Below are positions 45,149-57,400 of a stretch of DNA of 64,000 bases, piece after piece. This DNA is from Octopus vulgaris. Its lineage: Eukaryota. A program made the translations under genes and the position numbers. Location: positions 77,686,001 to 77,750,000 of the forward strand of contig OX597825.1 of NCBI GenBank assembly GCA_951406725.2, written 5' to 3'. Positions within the stretch are counted from its first letter, which is position 1. Each line of letters starts with the position of its first letter. Below the pieces are notes generated by a model. The model had not been told where the DNA came from and made no database searches. It saw only the letters and a program-made list of their open reading frames with translations.

Positions 45149-45880
45149 GTGTGTGTATGTATGTATGTATTTATCTATGTATCTATGTATGTATATACAT
45201 GCATATAAATATACATACTGATACGAGCATACACACACAGATGTAAAATATATATAAGCATAAGATATATACATAAATATATGTGTGTATGTGCGCAGGC
45301 ACATCTTTCTATGCATATATTTACATGTACTTATGTATGTACGTACGTGTGTATGTATGTATGTATGTATATATGTATGTATATGTGTGTATGTATGTAT
45401 CGATGTACGTATGTATAAGTGTAACTGCATACGTCTGAATCATTCAAAATAGCAGAATAATGGAAGTAACAATTTGGTTCGATAAAGTAAGCGTTATTAA
45501 CAACTCATCGAATTCAGCAAAGGCGAAACTAGGCGAAACACAGAGTGAGAGTATATTAGACGACAAAGAAGAAGATAATATTTCGGATAATTAGAAATAT
45601 CTTTGTAAAGGATTTGTTCCACAGTCAAATATCACCCGGACATCTCTTTTTTAGCGTTATAATAGGAGATCAAAAGATGTCTTTGATGGCATACATATAA
45701 AAGATTCGATCGACAGGCGCATATATTATCATAACAATATATCGTATGTGGCGCATCTTTAAATACATACATATAAACATGTACACACAGACATATATAT
45801 GTGTGTGTGTATATATATGTATATCCATACTTCAATATATTACATATCTATTATGCATATATATATATATATACAGAGAT

Positions 45881-45922
<42 letters not shown>

Positions 45923-45973
45923 AGACGTATATACATAGATATGTACGCAGATTCATATATATTTGTGTATGTA

Positions 45974-46065
<92 letters not shown>

Positions 46066-46735
46066 TATATATATATATGTATGTATTTGTTATATATATA
46101 TATAGACTTGCATATTTATATATTTACATGCGTAGGTATATATGTATGTATTTGTTATATATATATATATACACTTGCATATTTATATATTTACATGCGT
46201 AGGTATATATGTATGTAAATATGAAATTATCTGCACATCTATATGCATATGTATGTTCGCACATATATCACATACATGTGTGTGTGCATGTGTCTGTGTG
46301 TCTGTTTTTCTCTTCAGAACCTATCAAATACCGGGTTTCCTTGTGTGTAAAGTAATGCATATATCTATAGATGTATATATATATATACATGCATGTATAT
46401 ATAAATACATACTCACACACATACATACATACATGTACACATATTAGCTATATATGTCTATGTGTGTACACATACACATATATATCTAGATATATACATA
46501 CATATGCACATAGTATATATATGTGTGTGTGTGTGTGTGTGTTCGTATATACAAGTATATGTATCTATAAATCTACAATAGATCTCTATATATTAAACGT
46601 ATGTATATTATCATCATCATCATCATTGTTACTATTATTATTGTTGTTGTTGTTGTTGTTGGTGTTATTGTTATTGTTATTATTCAAACGTGTATTGTAC
46701 CTATCAATAACATAGGTACAACACTTTGAATTCTG

Positions 46736-47375
46736 CTAAAAGCCGAGGTCGAGCTTGCCTTTCATCTTTCTGGGCTCGATAAATTAAGTACCAGTTGCGT
46801 ACTGGGGTCGATTAAATCGACTGGCTACCGTCCCAGAAATTTCGGGCCTTGTGCCTAGATTAGAAAAGACTAAATCGGACACGTCCACAGTCAACACTAT
46901 ACTGCATAACACTGTTATTATTACCACTGTTTATAAGGCGGTGGGCTGGCAGAAACAGTAGGACGGTGCGCAAAAGTGCTTCGTAGCATTTCGTCTGTGC
47001 TCACTTCCTGAGTTCAAATTCCGCTGCGGCCATTTTGCTTTTTGTCCTTTCCGGGCAGATAAATTAAGTACCAGTGATACAATGAGATCGATGTAATCGA
47101 ATAGTCCCTTCCCCAAAAACTTCAGTTCTTTTATTTCTAACAGAAAGGATTATTACTGTAACTTGTACAGCGACAAACGAGCAGAGTTTTTAGCTTAGAG
47201 ACATTTTGTTTCAATGCTTTACGATCTGAATTCAAAACCTGCCACAGTCAGCTTTGCCTTTCATCCGTTCCGGATCGATAAAATGAAGAAATACTGAAGT
47301 ATTGGGGTTGATGCGGTCGACTGGTTTCCTTCATTCAAAATCTGCTGGTTTAGTACCAAACTGAGAATGAATCAA
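46736..47375 (+). mobile_element. Three tandem SINE family C copies (46736-46870, 46936-47155, 47165-47375)
   Basis: Each carries the ttgc(c/t)ttt..tc(c/t)..tc.gg...gataaa segment and a gtcga/atcga..atcga core. Confidence 0.85.
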
Positions 47376-47381
47376 TACTAT

Positions 47382-47946
47382 CGTGTGTGCGTGTGTGTGT
47401 GTGTATGTGTCTGTGTGTGTGTGCGTGCGTGTGTATATGCGTGTGTGTATGTGCGTATATGTGTATACGTGTGTGTGTGCGTGCGCGCTGTGTGCGTGTG
47501 TGTATGTATGTGTGTGTTGCGTGAGTGAGAGTGCGTGTGTGTGTGTGTGCGTGTGCGTATGTATGTGTGCGTGAGTGTGTGTGTGTGTTTGCACATGTGT
47601 GTGCGTGTGTGCGTGCGTATGTGTGTGCGTGTGTGTGCGTGTGTGCGTATTCTTGTTCGTTTGAGCAGGTGTGTATATGCGCGAGCGTGTGAGGGTGCGT
47701 GCGCGCGTGTGTGTGTGTGTGTGTGTGTGCGTGAGTGAGTGAGCGTGTGTGTGTGTGCGTGTGCGTATGTATGTGTGCATGAGTGTGTGTATGTGTGTGT
47801 GTGTGTGCGTGCGTATGTGTGTGCGTGTGTGTGCGTGTGTGCCTATTCTTGTGCGTTTGAGCAGGTGTGTATATGCGCGAACGTGTGTGGGTGCGTGTGT
47901 GTGTGTGTGTGTGCGCGTGTGTGTGTGTGTGTGTGTATGTGTGTGT
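47382..47946. repeat. (GT/GC)n tract containing a ~196-bp tandem duplication
   Basis: tattcttgt(t/g)cgtttgagcaggtgtgtatatgcgcga at ~47648 and ~47844. Confidence 0.88.
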
Positions 47947-47955
47947 AAATAAATG

Positions 47956-48345
47956 TACTGCTATACGCTGCTGCAATCCATGAGTGAATCGACCAATATT
48001 TGATGAAAATCTTCAGCCACTTGAGCGCCGAGACACACCAGTTACATCTCGTAAAATTCTTTTTACCCTTTTCCTTTTGGCTGCTATGCTCTTCCGTACA
48101 TTGGATTGTCTTGGGACGATCCAAGAGCCATATACTCTTTTACTCTTTTACTTGTTTCAGTCATTTGACTGCGGCCATGCCGGAGCACCGCCTTTAATCG
48201 AGCAACTCGATCCCGGGACTTATTCTTTTGTAAGCCCAGTACTTATTCTATCGGTCTCTTTTGCCGAACCGCTAAGTAACGGGGACATAAACACACCAGT
48301 ATCGGTGGTCAAGCAATGCTAGGGGGACAAACACATACACACACA

Positions 48346-48389
<44 letters not shown>

Positions 48390-48712
48390 TACGACGGGCT
48401 ACTGTCAGTTTCCGTCTACCAAATCCACTCACAAGGCTTTGGTCGGCTCGAGGCTATAGTAGAAGACACTTGCCCAAGATGCCACGCAGTGGGACTGAAC
48501 CCGGAACCATGTGGTTGGTTAGCAAGCTACTTACCACACAGCCACTCCTGCACCTACTGCTATACGTTGCTGCAATCCATGGGTGAATCGACCAATATTT
48601 GATGCGCCGAGACACACCCGTTACATCGCGTAAAATTCTTTTTACCCTTTTCCTTTTGGCTGCTATGCTCTTCCGTACATAGAATTGTCTTGGGACGATC
48701 CAAGAGCCATAT
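47956..48712. repeat. Direct repeat 47956-48133 / 48555-48712 flanking a SINE A
   Basis: tactgctatacg...ccaagagccatat on both sides; one 20-nt indel and about six substitutions. Confidence 0.92.
48134..48554 (-). mobile_element. SINE family A, full length
   Basis: Reverse complement of the family A consensus. Confidence 0.95.
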
Positions 48713-48982
48713 GAGTATTATTGTCTCTTGGATCAACTGTTTTTCTATTCTCTGCCTCTCACCCATTTATGGAAAAGTCGATTCCATGTCTGGTTCGCCA
48801 AGACACAAGCTAATCACAGCAGAACTTTGCCGATCCATGAGACAAAGTAGAAGTCAGTCGTACATCGACTACGTATGTGTTCGCGCGTGTGTGAATGACT
48901 GTCGGTGTCTATGTGTATGTATGGGGGTGTTTCTGCCTATGTATTTCTATGAGTGCGTGTTGTGTATACATGCAAGTGTGTT

Positions 48983-49035
<53 letters not shown>

Positions 49036-49037
49036 AT

Positions 49038-49098
<61 letters not shown>

Positions 49099-49099
49099 T

Positions 49100-49133
<34 letters not shown>

Positions 49134-49142
<9 letters not shown>

Positions 49143-49328
49143 TTATAGAAGGAGCTTCTACAGGAATTGTTTCATTCAGATGAAATCGTCAGGAAGCTTC
49201 CTGTAGATTTCATCTGAATGAAACAGTTCTAGTCCTGTAGAAGCTCCTTCTATATAATAAATTAATTTTACTCTGCTATGTATTGAGTACCTTATTTACT
49301 GTGGTTAACCCCGACTCAACCCGGGACC
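49134..49328. mobile_element. Fold-back element: palindrome 49134-49264 centred on CAGGAAG|CTTCCTG with a one-sided extension to 49328, in (TA)n
   Basis: atagaaggagcttctacagga..tgtttcattcagatgaaatc versus gatttcatctgaatgaaaca..tcctgtagaagctccttctat. Confidence 0.85.
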
Positions 49329-49424
49329 TACATATATATATATATATATATACACTCACACATATATATATATAATCGAATTGTGAGTATTTGTGCAAAT
49401 GTATATATATGTATATTTGTTTTA

Positions 49425-49501
49425 TTTATTTATTCTATTTATTTTATCTAGTTTCAGCTCACGATATGTGGCCATGCTGGGTCACCGCCATTCAAACAAT
49501 A
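49425..49501 (-). mobile_element. Retroposon tail directly downstream of tRNA-Gln
   Basis: Minus strand TGGCGGTGACCCAGCATGGCCACATATCGTGAGCTGAAACTAGATAAAATAAAAT; same tail at 24455 and ~8537. Confidence 0.8.
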
Positions 49502-49573
49502 AGGTCTCACCGAGATTCGAACTCGGATTGCTGGATTCAAAGTCCAGAGTGCTAACCACTATACCATGAGACC
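49502..49573 (-). tRNA. tRNA-Gln(TTG): tRNA-Gln (anticodon TTG), 72 nt; may be a retroposed copy
   Basis: GGTCTCA/TGAGACC acceptor stem, CTGGA-CTTTGAA-TCCAG anticodon arm, CCGAG-TTCGAAT-CTCGG T arm; one D-stem mismatch (A12-C23); no T4 terminator adjacent. Confidence 0.9.
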
Positions 49574-49597
49574 TCTCTATGCATATTTATAAATAAG

Positions 49598-49628
<31 letters not shown>

Positions 49629-49936
49629 ATATGTAGATATGTATGTATATATATGTGTATGTTTGTGTGTGTGTGTGGGTTTGGGTTTGTTTGTGTATGT
49701 GTGCGAGTCGGGCTTTTGCTTCTATGTGTTTATGAGTTTCACACAACACCGCCGACTAGAATAAGATGGGTGTTGAATGGAGTCAAAATTCTAACTTGGC
49801 GGAATTAACAAGGGTGGGTGGGTGGAGAGGAAGGAGGCTGGGCCTGGAGACACTGTGATTGGCTAAAAAGTTCTGAAGGTGACGCTGCGTCATTGACACA
49901 TTGCAAAGAACGAAATCAGTAAAAGAAAGCATAACA

Positions 49937-49984
<48 letters not shown>

Positions 49985-50010
49985 GCATATACATACATAC
50001 ATATATATAT

Positions 50011-50092
<82 letters not shown>

Positions 50093-50576
50093 ATATATAC
50101 ACATATATATATATACATATATATAGATAGATAGATATTGTTTCTTTGTATGTGTACGTGTGTATGTGTATATATATATGCATACATACATACACACATA
50201 CACTCATGCATATATACATACATACGTACCTACGTTCCTGGATGTGTATATATATACACACATATATATATTTATTTATATGTACATACGTACATATAAA
50301 TATATATGTATGCGTGTATGTATATGTACAAGCACATGAAAAATCTGTATGTGTATATGTACATGTATATATATACACACTCACATCACACACACACACA
50401 CACACACAGATGTATATACGTACACATAAATATATATCTATGTATGTGTGTGTTTGTTTGTGCATGTGTATGTATACACATATTATTCTGAAATGTATTT
50501 AACCCAACTCATGCACCACACACACAGACGCACGAATATATACATGTGCATAGATATTTGTTTGTAACTGTATATG

Positions 50577-50637
<61 letters not shown>

Positions 50638-51159
50638 GTGTATGTATGTATACATACATATACATATATTGATAAAAGCCTGTGTAATTGTGTAAGTCTC
50701 CACTGTTCTCCGAGTCAATCGACTTTTGTTGGACAGGTGAGGAGTAGTGTAAGTCGAGGAATGGTGGGAGATGAGGAGAGGATGGGAGGTGTGGCTGTTG
50801 GTCGTGGTGGCAGATCTTAAAGTGTTTCAGATTTGAAGGAGATGAGAGAGAGAGAGAAAGAAGAAACGGTGAGCGTAAAAAAAAAAAGCAGTAATTTTGA
50901 TTGGTTCCCAGTAAATTTAAAGTCATTTCTTTGGGATTCAATATTATTTCTCTAATACCCCCGAAATTCAAGTTATTGATTCGAATAATTGAAATTTCAA
51001 TTTTGCTTGAAAGGAAAATAATCGATATTGAGTCAAGACATTGATTCCTTCCAACACTAATTTAGCAATTATTGTTGAGGAAAAAAAATTATTTAATCAA
51101 TTTATAGGTTTGCTTTTTCAGCTACTTTTTATACCATCTCAATATATTTTAATATTTTT

Positions 51160-51224
<65 letters not shown>

Positions 51225-51749
51225 TGTAACTTAAATCTCCTCCGCGTCACGGAGACTGTTTAATAGAATTACGGAATTAAAGAAGAAAAAAATATTCGTT
51301 CGAAATTATGTTTTATGGCCCTGTCAATACTTGATCTATTCAAAAAAAAAAAGAGAAAAGAAAAACCCTCTTGAAATTGCGAAAAATTTTCCCTTCAAAT
51401 CAATGATCAATATTCTTCATACAAAAATAAAAGCGAAAAAAATACGGGATCATTGGAAAGAAAAATTCGAATTAACCAAATATGTTTCAACCAGCGAAGA
51501 CAAATTCCTGTGGATTTGTTAGAATTTGAAATTGTTAAGGAAACGGTATTATTGGAGGCATATGGCAGTCTGTAAGGTTTGTAGCCTGGCATGGAATTGG
51601 ATTAAATCAATTTCGAAGTTTAAAGAATGAAAGAGCTTATGCTGTGTTCTTTGTGTTTTCTTTCTCCCTCTCTTTCTCTGCCTTTCTCTCTCCCTCATCA
51701 CACCTCTGTGTCTTAGGGTATGTGTATGTGTGTTTATAAATATATATTA

Positions 51750-51955
51750 TATGTATGTATGTATGAATATATATATATACTTGTATGTATGAATATATAT
51801 ATATGTATGTATACTTGTATGTATGAATATATATATATATATATGTATGTATGAATATATATATATGTATGTATGTATACTTGTATGTATGAATATATAT
51901 ATATGTATGTATGTATGAATATATATACTTGTATGAATATATATACTTGTATATA
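51750..51955. repeat. AT-rich minisatellite (unit ~TATACTTGTATGTATGAATATA)
   Basis: Recurrent acttgtatgtatgaata. Confidence 0.8.
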
Positions 51956-52458
51956 TACATTACATACATACAGACATATCCTCTATTATACCGCTATCGG
52001 TTTAAGCCAGAGGCTGTGGCCATGCTGGGGCACATAAACAAGGTAAATATAACTGAAGGAGTATATATAGATCCTGATTACATTTCTTAGTTGCCATGAG
52101 CGGAACACTCAACTCTCAAATGACTGTAAGAACAACCGCCTCACACACGTGCATATATACAGAAAAAATATATACATACATATATACATAAACGCGGAGT
52201 AGATAAAACAGGGGACAACTGATGAAGGGAACGTTTTTTATGTTGCACGTCGCGTTTCTCTGGGGTTTTTTTTTTCGCTGTTCGAAAAAATGTCCGTTTT
52301 CTATGTTTTTGTTTTTTATGTTCTCGTTTCACATTTTGTCTACGTTTTTTTATGTCCTGTACCCATATATGCATGTATGCATGTACATACCAACAAATAT
52401 ATGTTGGTGTGTACATATATGTATGTATATATGCATGTATATATATAATATATATATG

Positions 52459-52509
<51 letters not shown>

Positions 52510-52554
52510 TTATATAATATAATATATATATATATTATATATATTATATATATG

Positions 52555-52594
<40 letters not shown>

Positions 52595-53274
52595 AACGGA
52601 GAGAATATATTTGTATATATGTGTACAGAGAGAGAGAGAGAAAGAGAGAGAGGGTAGGAGAGATACACATACATACATACATACATACATACATGCATAC
52701 ATACATACATACATACATACATACATACATACATACATACATACACACATACATACATACGTCTTTGTTACCGCCCCTTTTCAGTCTCATTTTGTCTCTA
52801 CAACTGTTGCACAATCTCTTAATCTTTTCTTTCGCGACTCATTTTCCTTCTTCCTTCCCCCAGCCCCACCCTTTTCCTCTTCCCGTCCCTCTTAACCATA
52901 GAACTTTTTGTTTTTTCAACTGAAACAATAAAATAGCTGAGAACCAGTATCGATTTCACATCGTGCTTTCTTCTTTTGGTCCCGCAAACGTTTCGATCTT
53001 AACCACTCTCACAGCTCATATCGCAGCTGACTCGTAACAGTGTGGAAGAAATCATAGACAAATCGATCGACCCCAGTATCTCCATTGCATCAACTTTATC
53101 GCTGCGGAAAGAATGATTAGCTAAGCTGATATTGACGGAATCTAAACTCACATCGTACATTGGTGTAGCTAAATGGCATGAGTTCATTTTATATCCGTAT
53201 CTCTAGTAATTCTGATCCCCCAAGCCATTTTGTAAATCTAATGTATCAGTAATGTACATGTGGAGACTCATAAT

Positions 53275-53912
53275 GCTTGCAAATCTTGGCTGAAGGCTAG
53301 TAATTTCTCGAGAAGGGGTTAAGTTAATTATAACAACCCCAGTGCTGAGCTGGTATTTATTCTATCGAATCTAAAAAGATGAAAGACAGCGTCAACCACG
53401 GCGGAATTTGAACTCAGAACGTAAGGAGTGGCTGTGTGGTAAGTAGCTTGCTTGCTTACCACATCGTTCCGGGTACAGTCCCACTGCGTGGCACCTTGGG
53501 CAAGTGTCTTCTACTATAGCATCGGGCCGACCAAAGCCTGGTGAGTGGATTTGGTAGACGGAAACTGAAAGAATCCCGTCGTATATATGTATATATATAT
53601 ATATGTGTGTGTGTGTGTGCGTGTGTTTGTGTGTCTGTGTTTGTCCCCCCAACATTGCTTCACAACCGATGCTGGTGTGTTTACGTCCCCGTCACAGAGC
53701 GGTCCGGCAAAAGAGACCGATAGAATAAGTACTAGGCTTACAAAGAATAAGTCCTGAGGTCGATTTACTCGACTAAAGGTGGTGCTCCAGCATGGCCGCA
53801 GTCAAATGTCTGAAACAAGTAAAACAGTAAAAAGAGAGTGAAAAGAGTATGGGTAAAATGTGGCCAAACATTTTGCTTGACGTCCTAACGCTTCCGCCAG
53901 CTCATCGTCTTC
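53275..53912 (-). mobile_element. SINE family C interrupted by a SINE A
   Basis: C sequence runs to gaactcagaacgta (53423) and resumes at ~53850 (aaacattttgcttgacgtcctaacgcttccgccagctc). Confidence 0.75.
53424..53849 (+). mobile_element. SINE family A, near full length
   Basis: Matches the copy at 43591. Confidence 0.93.
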
Positions 53913-53924
53913 ATCTGCGGTCTA

Positions 53925-54120
53925 ATATTTGTTTCAAATTTTGGCACATGGCCAGCAACTTCAGGAGACGGGGTTAGGTCAATTACATTCCCAGTACTCA
54001 TCGATCCCAAACAGATGAAAGGCAAAGTCGACATCGAAGGTATCTGAACTCAGCATGTAAAGACGAACGAAATGCCGCTAAGCATTTTCTTCGGCGTGGT
54101 AAGGGTTCTACCAGCTCGTC
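53925..54120 (-). mobile_element. SINE family C
   Basis: gtttcaaattttggcaca...gatgaaaggcaaagtcgac...gaactcag...gaaatgccgctaagcattt. Confidence 0.8.
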
Positions 54121-54530
54121 CCTGTCAATGTGCAGAACAATAAGGATTCATGCTACAGGTTGAAAGCTCTAAAATTATTATAGTTTATCATACCGGCCCA
54201 GTACATAACTGGTACGAACTATGAGGGGATTCGATGTGAAAAACATAAGGACCAGTTACGCACAAATCCAGTAATTTTGAAGGGAGAGAATGAGACAAAT
54301 TCGCTGACCCCAGTACATGACGGATAGTTCTTTGAATTAGCCACAGAGGAATAAAAGGCCAGGTGGCCTCTGCAGGATTTGAACTCAGAACATTAAATAG
54401 GCGGCGTATACTACTATTGTGTCTGGCATAAACGGAAAACCAAGCAACAATGAGAGGGCGGGTTTTTTGTCGATGTCATCGATCAAATTACTTGACTGAT
54501 TACTTTATTTTATCGATGCCATGGAGATGA

Positions 54531-54810
54531 AAGGCGATGAGATGGCAGAATCGTTAGCATGTCAGACAAAACGCGTAACGGCATTTCTAACAGCTTTACG
54601 TTCTTCGTCCAAATTCCACATAGAAATCGACATAGCCTTTTATTCTTTCCGGATCGATAAAATAAAAAAAAAAAAATAATAATAAATAAATAATAAAAAA
54701 TAATAAATATCCAGTTGAGCACTCTAGTCGATTTAATTGACTTTATTCCCCCAGAATTTTGGACATTCCCCCGAAATTGCTGACATGGTGCCAAAATTTG
54801 AAACCATTAC
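54531..54810 (+). mobile_element. SINE family C
   Basis: aggcgatgagatggcagaatcgttagc...ccagttgagcact...gtgccaaaatttgaaacc. Confidence 0.75.
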
Positions 54811-54844
54811 TACTAGTGTTGTTGTGGATGTTGTTGTTGTTGTG

Positions 54845-55135
54845 AAGGTGCGTGGCCTGGTGAGTAGGACGATGCACACAGGATCGCAAGATCGTGCTTT
54901 CGATTCCTAGGCATGCGCGCGGTCAGCTCCCGGGCAAAACACTTCATTTCATGTCACATCAGTCCACACAGTTCTATATATGGGCGACCCTGCAAGGACT
55001 GACGTTCCGTTCACGAGGAATATTCTCCTGCCCACCTAACCAATAGGGGGGTGGCATGGCTGGAACGGTACAACAATGTGAGGAAGTGCATTGTGGCCAG
55101 CAGTGTACAACAAAATGCGATAGCCCCGTCGATAC
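54845..55135 (+). mobile_element. Old SINE family F head/core joined to a B2-like tail
   Basis: tttcgattcct B box; gaccctgcaaggactgacgttccgttc core; ggggtggcat...acaatgtg..gcattgtggccagc tail. Confidence 0.55.
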
Positions 55136-55282
55136 AGTCATTACTATTATTTTACGTTATGAGTTTAAATGCCGTTGAGATCGAAGTTCTCTTTTCACTG
55201 AGGTCTTTGATATCAACTTCCTCCTCACCTCAAAATCTTTAAGGCCCTCAGCCAGAATTGAAATTATTATTATAGTGTCCGG

Positions 55283-55432
55283 GCTGAGTTCAAATTCCGC
55301 CAATGACGACTTTGCCTTTCATCCTTCCGAGGTCGATTAAATATGAACCAGTTACGCACTGGGGTCGATGTAATCGACTTAATCCCTTGCCCCAAATTCG
55401 AGGCCTTGTGCTTCCAGTAGAAAGGATCATTA
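55283..55432 (+). mobile_element. SINE family C, 5'-truncated
   Basis: ctgagttcaaattccgcc...cactggggtcgatgtaatcgactt...ggccttgtgc..agtagaaaggat. Confidence 0.88.
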
Positions 55433-55790
55433 TGTGCCCGGGTTTAACTGACCTGTGGTGTTATGTCGAACAGCTGCTGGCGCGTGTGGGACGGCTTCGT
55501 CTGTCGGCTGAGTCTGTAGTGATGATTACCCTGCCGCCTTCCATTCGTGCAGGCAAGGCAGCTTTAATTTGGCTGGTGGTTATGGCGAAAGAGGTTGTTT
55601 GGTGGGCACAGCTGAAAGGACAGATACATTCCTCTTTCGTAGAGCTCTCATTGACCTCTTCAACTTTCACATGAAAAGGAAATTGAAAGTGGAGAGGGAA
55701 GTGCTATCCTTGAGTGAGTTTATTGAAAGCTGGGTGAAAGTTGCAAAATTGGTAAGAGTGGATGCTACTTCTCTGAGTGTAGACTCGTGA
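55433..55790 (+). pseudogene. Tx1/L1-clade LINE ORF2 C-terminal fragment (frameshifted); 3' UTR continues to ~56300
   Basis: CPGLTDLWCYVEQLL...AKEVVWW.../..LIDLFNFHMKRKLKVERE......FIESW resembles the post-CCHC region of Tx1-like ORF2. Confidence 0.65.
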
Positions 55791-55849
55791 GTCGGAGAGA
55801 AAGATTTGGAAAGAGCACTTGCTCTTGGTGTTCAGGGAAATGGTGACGC

Positions 55850-56081
55850 TGGCGACGAGCTGGCAGAAGCGTTAGCAGGCCGGGCGAAATTCTTTGCGGT
55901 ATTTCGTCTGCCGTTACGTTGCGAGTTCAAATTCCGCCGAGGTCGACTTTGCCTTTCATCCTTTCGGGGTCGATAAATTAAGCACCAGTTACGCACTGGG
56001 GTCGATGTAATCGACTTAATACCTATGTCTGTCCTTGTTTGTCCCCTCTATGTTTAGCCCCTTGTGGGTAATAAAGAAATA
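55850..56081 (+). mobile_element. SINE family C (tail type C2), full length, with a 14-bp target-site duplication
   Basis: TSD ggtgttcagggaaa (55827-55840) / ggtattcagggaaa (56082-56095); B box gagttcaaattcc. Confidence 0.92.
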
Positions 56082-56308
56082 GGTATTCAGGGAAACCTCG
56101 GACAGTGGGGTTCTTCGATTAACCGTAGAGGTCTTCCTGTATCAGGAGGGTTACATCTCTATCACCCCCACTTTTTTTAAACCTTTGTAAACTATATATA
56201 TGTCCCTTCTTTTTCAGTATATACCCTATATTTTCACACACTTTCCTTTTTATCATTTCATTATACTTAAACACTCACACTTTAACGTCTTGTGTATTCG
56301 TTTCAAAT

Positions 56309-56453
56309 GGTCGACTTTGCCTTTCATCCTTTCGGGGTCGATTAAATAAGAATCAGTTTAATCACTGGGGTCGATGTAATCGACTTAATCCCCTTGTCTG
56401 TCCGTGTTTGTCCCCTCATGTGTTTAGCACATTGTGGGCAATAAAGAAATAAA
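56309..56453 (+). mobile_element. SINE family C2, 5'-truncated
   Basis: ggtcgactttgcctttcatcctttcggggtcgat...gtttgtcccctc...tgtgggcaataaagaaata. Confidence 0.9.
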
Positions 56454-56475
56454 ACTATCATCATCATCATCAGTA

Positions 56476-56546
<71 letters not shown>

Positions 56547-57074
56547 GCTGTTATAATTATTATTATTACTAACGCAGCGAGCTGACAGAATCGTTATACC
56601 GCTAAGTGGTGGTGGTGGTGCTGGCGACGGTGGCGGTGGTGGTGGTGGTGATGGTGGTGGTGTTAGTGGTGGTGGTTGTGGTGGGGGTGATGGTGGGGGT
56701 GATGGTGGTGGCGGCGGCATCGGCGGGATGGTGAGGATAGTAGAAGAATTGGTGTGGATGTTTGTAGTGTTAATGCTATTCCCTCAAATAGTCTTCTAGA
56801 TATCGTCGTAAAATAATTCGTTGATTATCATCAACATTATTACTTTGTCACGTTGGAGTTCAACACACGCGCGGGCACACACATACACACATACATGTAT
56901 GTAAATGCTTACACACATAAAATCATATAGACACACATAAACATACATATGTATATATATATATATATGATCTGCTCCCCTCAACAACCATCTCTCCATA
57001 CAAACACATACATTTAAACACACATACACACATATACAAATATATATACATGTGTGTATGAGTGTATGTGCGTG

Positions 57075-57132
<58 letters not shown>

Positions 57133-57353
57133 ATATATATAATATTCTCACCACTACCGCAAACATTCCTTATAAACTCAGACATAAATATACAAATATA
57201 CCTACATATATATATATAATTAGGTATATATATATACGCATACATATATATTTATGCATATATATATATAGATGTATATATATATTTATATTTATATGTA
57301 TATGTTATATGTGTAAGTGTACGCGCGCGGGTATTTGTGTTATATACATGTGT

Positions 57354-57400
<47 letters not shown>

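Noticed and set aside
51222-51280. Imperfect hairpin ttctgtaac..tctcc/ggaga..ttacggaa
   Set aside because: Short, interrupted, AT-rich stems expected by chance
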